Assembly (NCBI GenBank): GCA_031261585.1
Contig: JAISJJ010000126.1
Coordinates: forward strand, 1 to 63,180
DNA from: Oscillospiraceae bacterium
Lineage (GTDB): Bacteria; Bacillota; Clostridia; Oscillospirales; Oscillospiraceae
Length of the DNA: 63,180 nucleotides
Direction: 5' to 3'
Of the stretch, positions 62,701 to 63,180 are shown piece after piece. The translations under genes were made by a program, and so were the position numbers. The notes below the pieces were generated by a model. It saw only the letters and a list, made by a program, of their open reading frames with translations, had not been told where the DNA came from and searched no databases. The number at the start of each line of letters is the position of its first letter. Position 1 is the stretch's first letter.

Positions 62701-63180
62701 GCGCGCCAGAGTTGCGAGATGGGGAGAATGAGCGGTACGAAGATGTGCCGAATTCTCTTGAATCCGCAAGCGTTTACGAACACTGCCGCCGCGCGCTCAC
62801 GCTCGTGCTCGAACGCGGTGTCGGTGAGCGCGGACTGCTGCACATGGGCGGCGGCGACTGGAACGACGGAATGAACCTTGTCGGTATCGGCGGGCGCGGC
62901 GAATCCGTGTGGCTCACGTGGTTTTACGTGTCCGTCGCGGAGAGATTCGCGAAGATATCGGACATACGCGGCGATTTTTCAACGTCGCAGACGCTGACCG
63001 CCGCCGTCGAGCGTCTGCGCACAGCCGCGAACGGCGCGTGGGACGGCGATTGGTTCGCGCGCGGTACGCTCGACGACGGCGCGATGTTCGGTGTGCGCGG
63101 CGACGCGGAGTGCGAGATCGACTCAATAGCGCAGTCGTTCGCCGCGTTCGGCGGCGGCGATACCGAGCGCGTACGGCACG
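56712..63180 (+). CDS. cyclic beta-1,2-glucan synthase-like giant protein (GT84-type glycosyltransferase + TM block + GH94 phosphorylase-like domain); 3' end beyond the window
   Basis: Not in the ORF track. The frame containing ATG 56712 (GGGAGAG RBS; in-frame TGA at 56694) stays open for >2150 codons to the window edge. Every track ORF in this interval is in another frame or on the other strand. MADDGFTLREIRRD..WLRDNRYLAERE; LTLDEDTRL; GIMQPRV; RWVRGDWQ; multiple TM helices; GGGDWNDGMN and IDSIAQSFA (GH94-type) near the end. Confidence 0.85.
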   Translation, partial: MADDGFTLREIRRDIAAVRNATARETDTPALDWLRDNRYLAEREYSAAMSDIRGARVSRRGLTSVFAAARYIVRGCGCEVTEDAITRALSEREPLREQEIALIIPALKLALIRDIAHCADELTISRAFTSLRELAARDYGATLERVSVVDRELRRDPARIYAEMDADTRRDYRFEVARLARRNGLSEGDAAARIVALARENGAHVGEYIFETPLGRAKPRRDGRLYITAFIALPLVLAAAVGVLCGAVSGIIALIPLSEIVKTALDTCVLRTHRSRRVFRMAFEDGVPDGARTLCVVSILLTGAQKCETAAGLIEEYRLANRDAGANLTFALLADLPESKFAHTESDDAIIAAAVSAIERLNAKYGGGFHLFLRGRTFSSRDGIWRGRERKRGAIEDLTRYLRGQSEPFAAIAGERPRDVRYVLTLDEDTRLTVGSAREMIGAMGHPLNAPVIDPQKRAVTRGFGIMQPRVVTELAASTATGLTRLFSGRGGLDPYGGAGGDVYASLCGAGTFVGKGIFDADAYLATLDNRFPNETVLSHDILEGAVLRCGFIGDVQLTDGFPASSAPYFARLGRWVRGDWQNARFIVMRGIPPLDRLKIADNLRRSLLPVITAATLTTAALARGFGVAAIIAVVSLVFGDLTAILRGLRPRAVRRYFSFIHDGAGMRIARVFARLMLLAADASVCARAIVTALRRSLFTHRKMLEWTTASDAESRAGGLFACVRLCLPALLCAVAVILFPRSPFAAVCAVLWLSSPLFMRALGRRRTRKSAPIPELAGYAAEMWRYFDTFLTERDNFLPPDNVQETQGRKIAHRTSPTNIGLALCSCLAAHDLGIIGANRAVELIERALGTVERLPRWRGHLYNWYDTETLEPLAPRYVSSVDSGNLAACLIAAGEGLRELDRADLAERCDKLLREHDFAALYDEPRNLFRVGFDADSGQYSESTYDLLASESMLLSFTAIATGQVPRKHWKQMSRAQVGYRGYRGMASWSGTMFEYLMPFLLLPLEPDSLLYESARFAVFAQKSSHTQGLWGASESVYGALNAANDHCYKAHGVPTLALRRGAEYDRVAAPYASFLALSVEPRAAAENLRRFRDIGAFGAFGFCDAVDFTRGDAEIVRVYMAHHVGMSLIALANHCADGAMTRRFTANPTMRAHRELLRERVPRGSATISKQGRAFADRAERSPEQPRVQARGESVITDIDAYLPPCAALKNGDFATLIAANGQSVTRYREFSLTRCEFDASARHSGVLFFARAENALIPLQPAPYIDCGATYSARVSADSLSIETVCGYFTATVTARVTERGEMRTVTLQPTAPQPIELFCFFEPVLSRDEDFRAHPAFSKLSLEFERCGAALVIRRRPKSDEDTPHCALAVSRGAEFATSREETLGRQGFAALLGDAPFKIFRATPEPCVLARVSLDGGGTVTFALSAAFDMESAVTNALKTLENHVIPHDTQPPPLARELLPRLLYRDPARRVPQSGVDALEHGRGALWSCGISGDFPIVVCDIDELPQRVREFADAHRYLSARGAAFDLVFVTDEGGDDYSAHRRRSVADCLRELGCEDMYGARGGVFVAEKSSDGARLAMAVVRVAYPLDNIGRETAKPLIRKVLRRAEPHTVTHNWNDDGSFTFAGTPSVAWSHVLANPHFGATVTESGVSHVWSRNARQNMLTPWRNDPLDSGVTAFIEIAGVRVPLFSDGGDCRVTYGFGWARWERDIGAQTVRATAFVPHDANALVIYIECGAATVEFAVDLLLADSLNAEPTVVTERRGNAIFARNPMNRDFPNAAALAVSADIAGFTTSRASHGAGEWDGAVGCGFPACAAVRVNADGAAVIAFGDADDAVRLTDICAVRDALRRTTEHWREITGAVRIETRYPALDRYVNGWSVYQTLCCRVYARCSLYQCGGAYGFRDQLQDVEALMLTQPQIAREHILRCAAKQFERGDVLHWWHEGTGENGRGVRTRCSDDLLWLPDAVARYVEVTGDHAILDETVPFLRAPELRDGENERYEDVPNSLESASVYEHCRRALTLVLERGVGERGLLHMGGGDWNDGMNLVGIGGRGESVWLTWFYVSVAERFAKISDIRGDFSTSQTLTAAVERLRTAANGAWDGDWFARGTLDDGAMFGVRGDAECEIDSIAQSFAAFGGGDTERVRH

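Overview
This is a 63.2-kb GC-rich chromosomal segment that reads like an endospore-forming Clostridia-class Firmicute, since dpaA/dpaB, tgl, spo0A and spoIVB are all present. I can support about 58 protein-coding genes, one tRNA-Tyr(GUA), one complete T-box leader, several sigma-A-like promoters and intrinsic terminators, and a dense population of modular palindromic intergenic repeats.

Gene content, left to right:
- LRR surface protein
- orphan AthL-like molybdopterin enzyme
- XRE regulator
- dpaAB
- tRNA-Tyr followed by a small lower-GC ORF
- heterodimeric ABC exporter pair
- a two-gene lower-GC islet
- T-box-controlled XRE-cupin-acyl-CoA synthetase fusion
- tgl with a coupled unknown gene
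- two convergent 45-codon ORFs
- PadR/DUF1700 membrane cluster
- sirtuin and a Ca/Na antiporter
- spo0A, LysM-M14 peptidase and spoIVB
- a nine-gene metal import/NTPase/DUF364 locus
- xpaC-telA-unknown-TPM
- XRE helical-repeat regulator
- yloV/asp23
- nudC with a GrpB-TadA fusion
- ireB and cdd
- purL, a family-5 SBP, secA, ispF, ispD and carD
- a >2150-codon cyclic-glucan-synthase-like gene that runs off the right edge

That last gene is the largest in the window and is missing from the supplied ORF track because it has no stop in the window. Most long track ORFs lying opposite real genes are Arg/Ala-rich antisense shadows. I saw no transposase, integrase, phage, CRISPR or recognisable defence genes.

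Most interesting observations:
1. A textbook T-box with non-canonical cargo.
2. The FecBCD-type importer + G3E GTPase + ABC-like ATPase + DUF364 + HTH-PBP locus.
3. TTAACAR heptamer arrays that give stops in all six frames and supply the stop codons of seven genes.
4. Inverted mosaic repeat blocks of about 0.6 kb bracketing a 10-kb housekeeping block.
5. Two leaderless-geometry consensus promoters.
6. A GrpB-TadA fusion coupled to nudC.

All homology calls come from reading the translations and recalling motifs. No searches were run.
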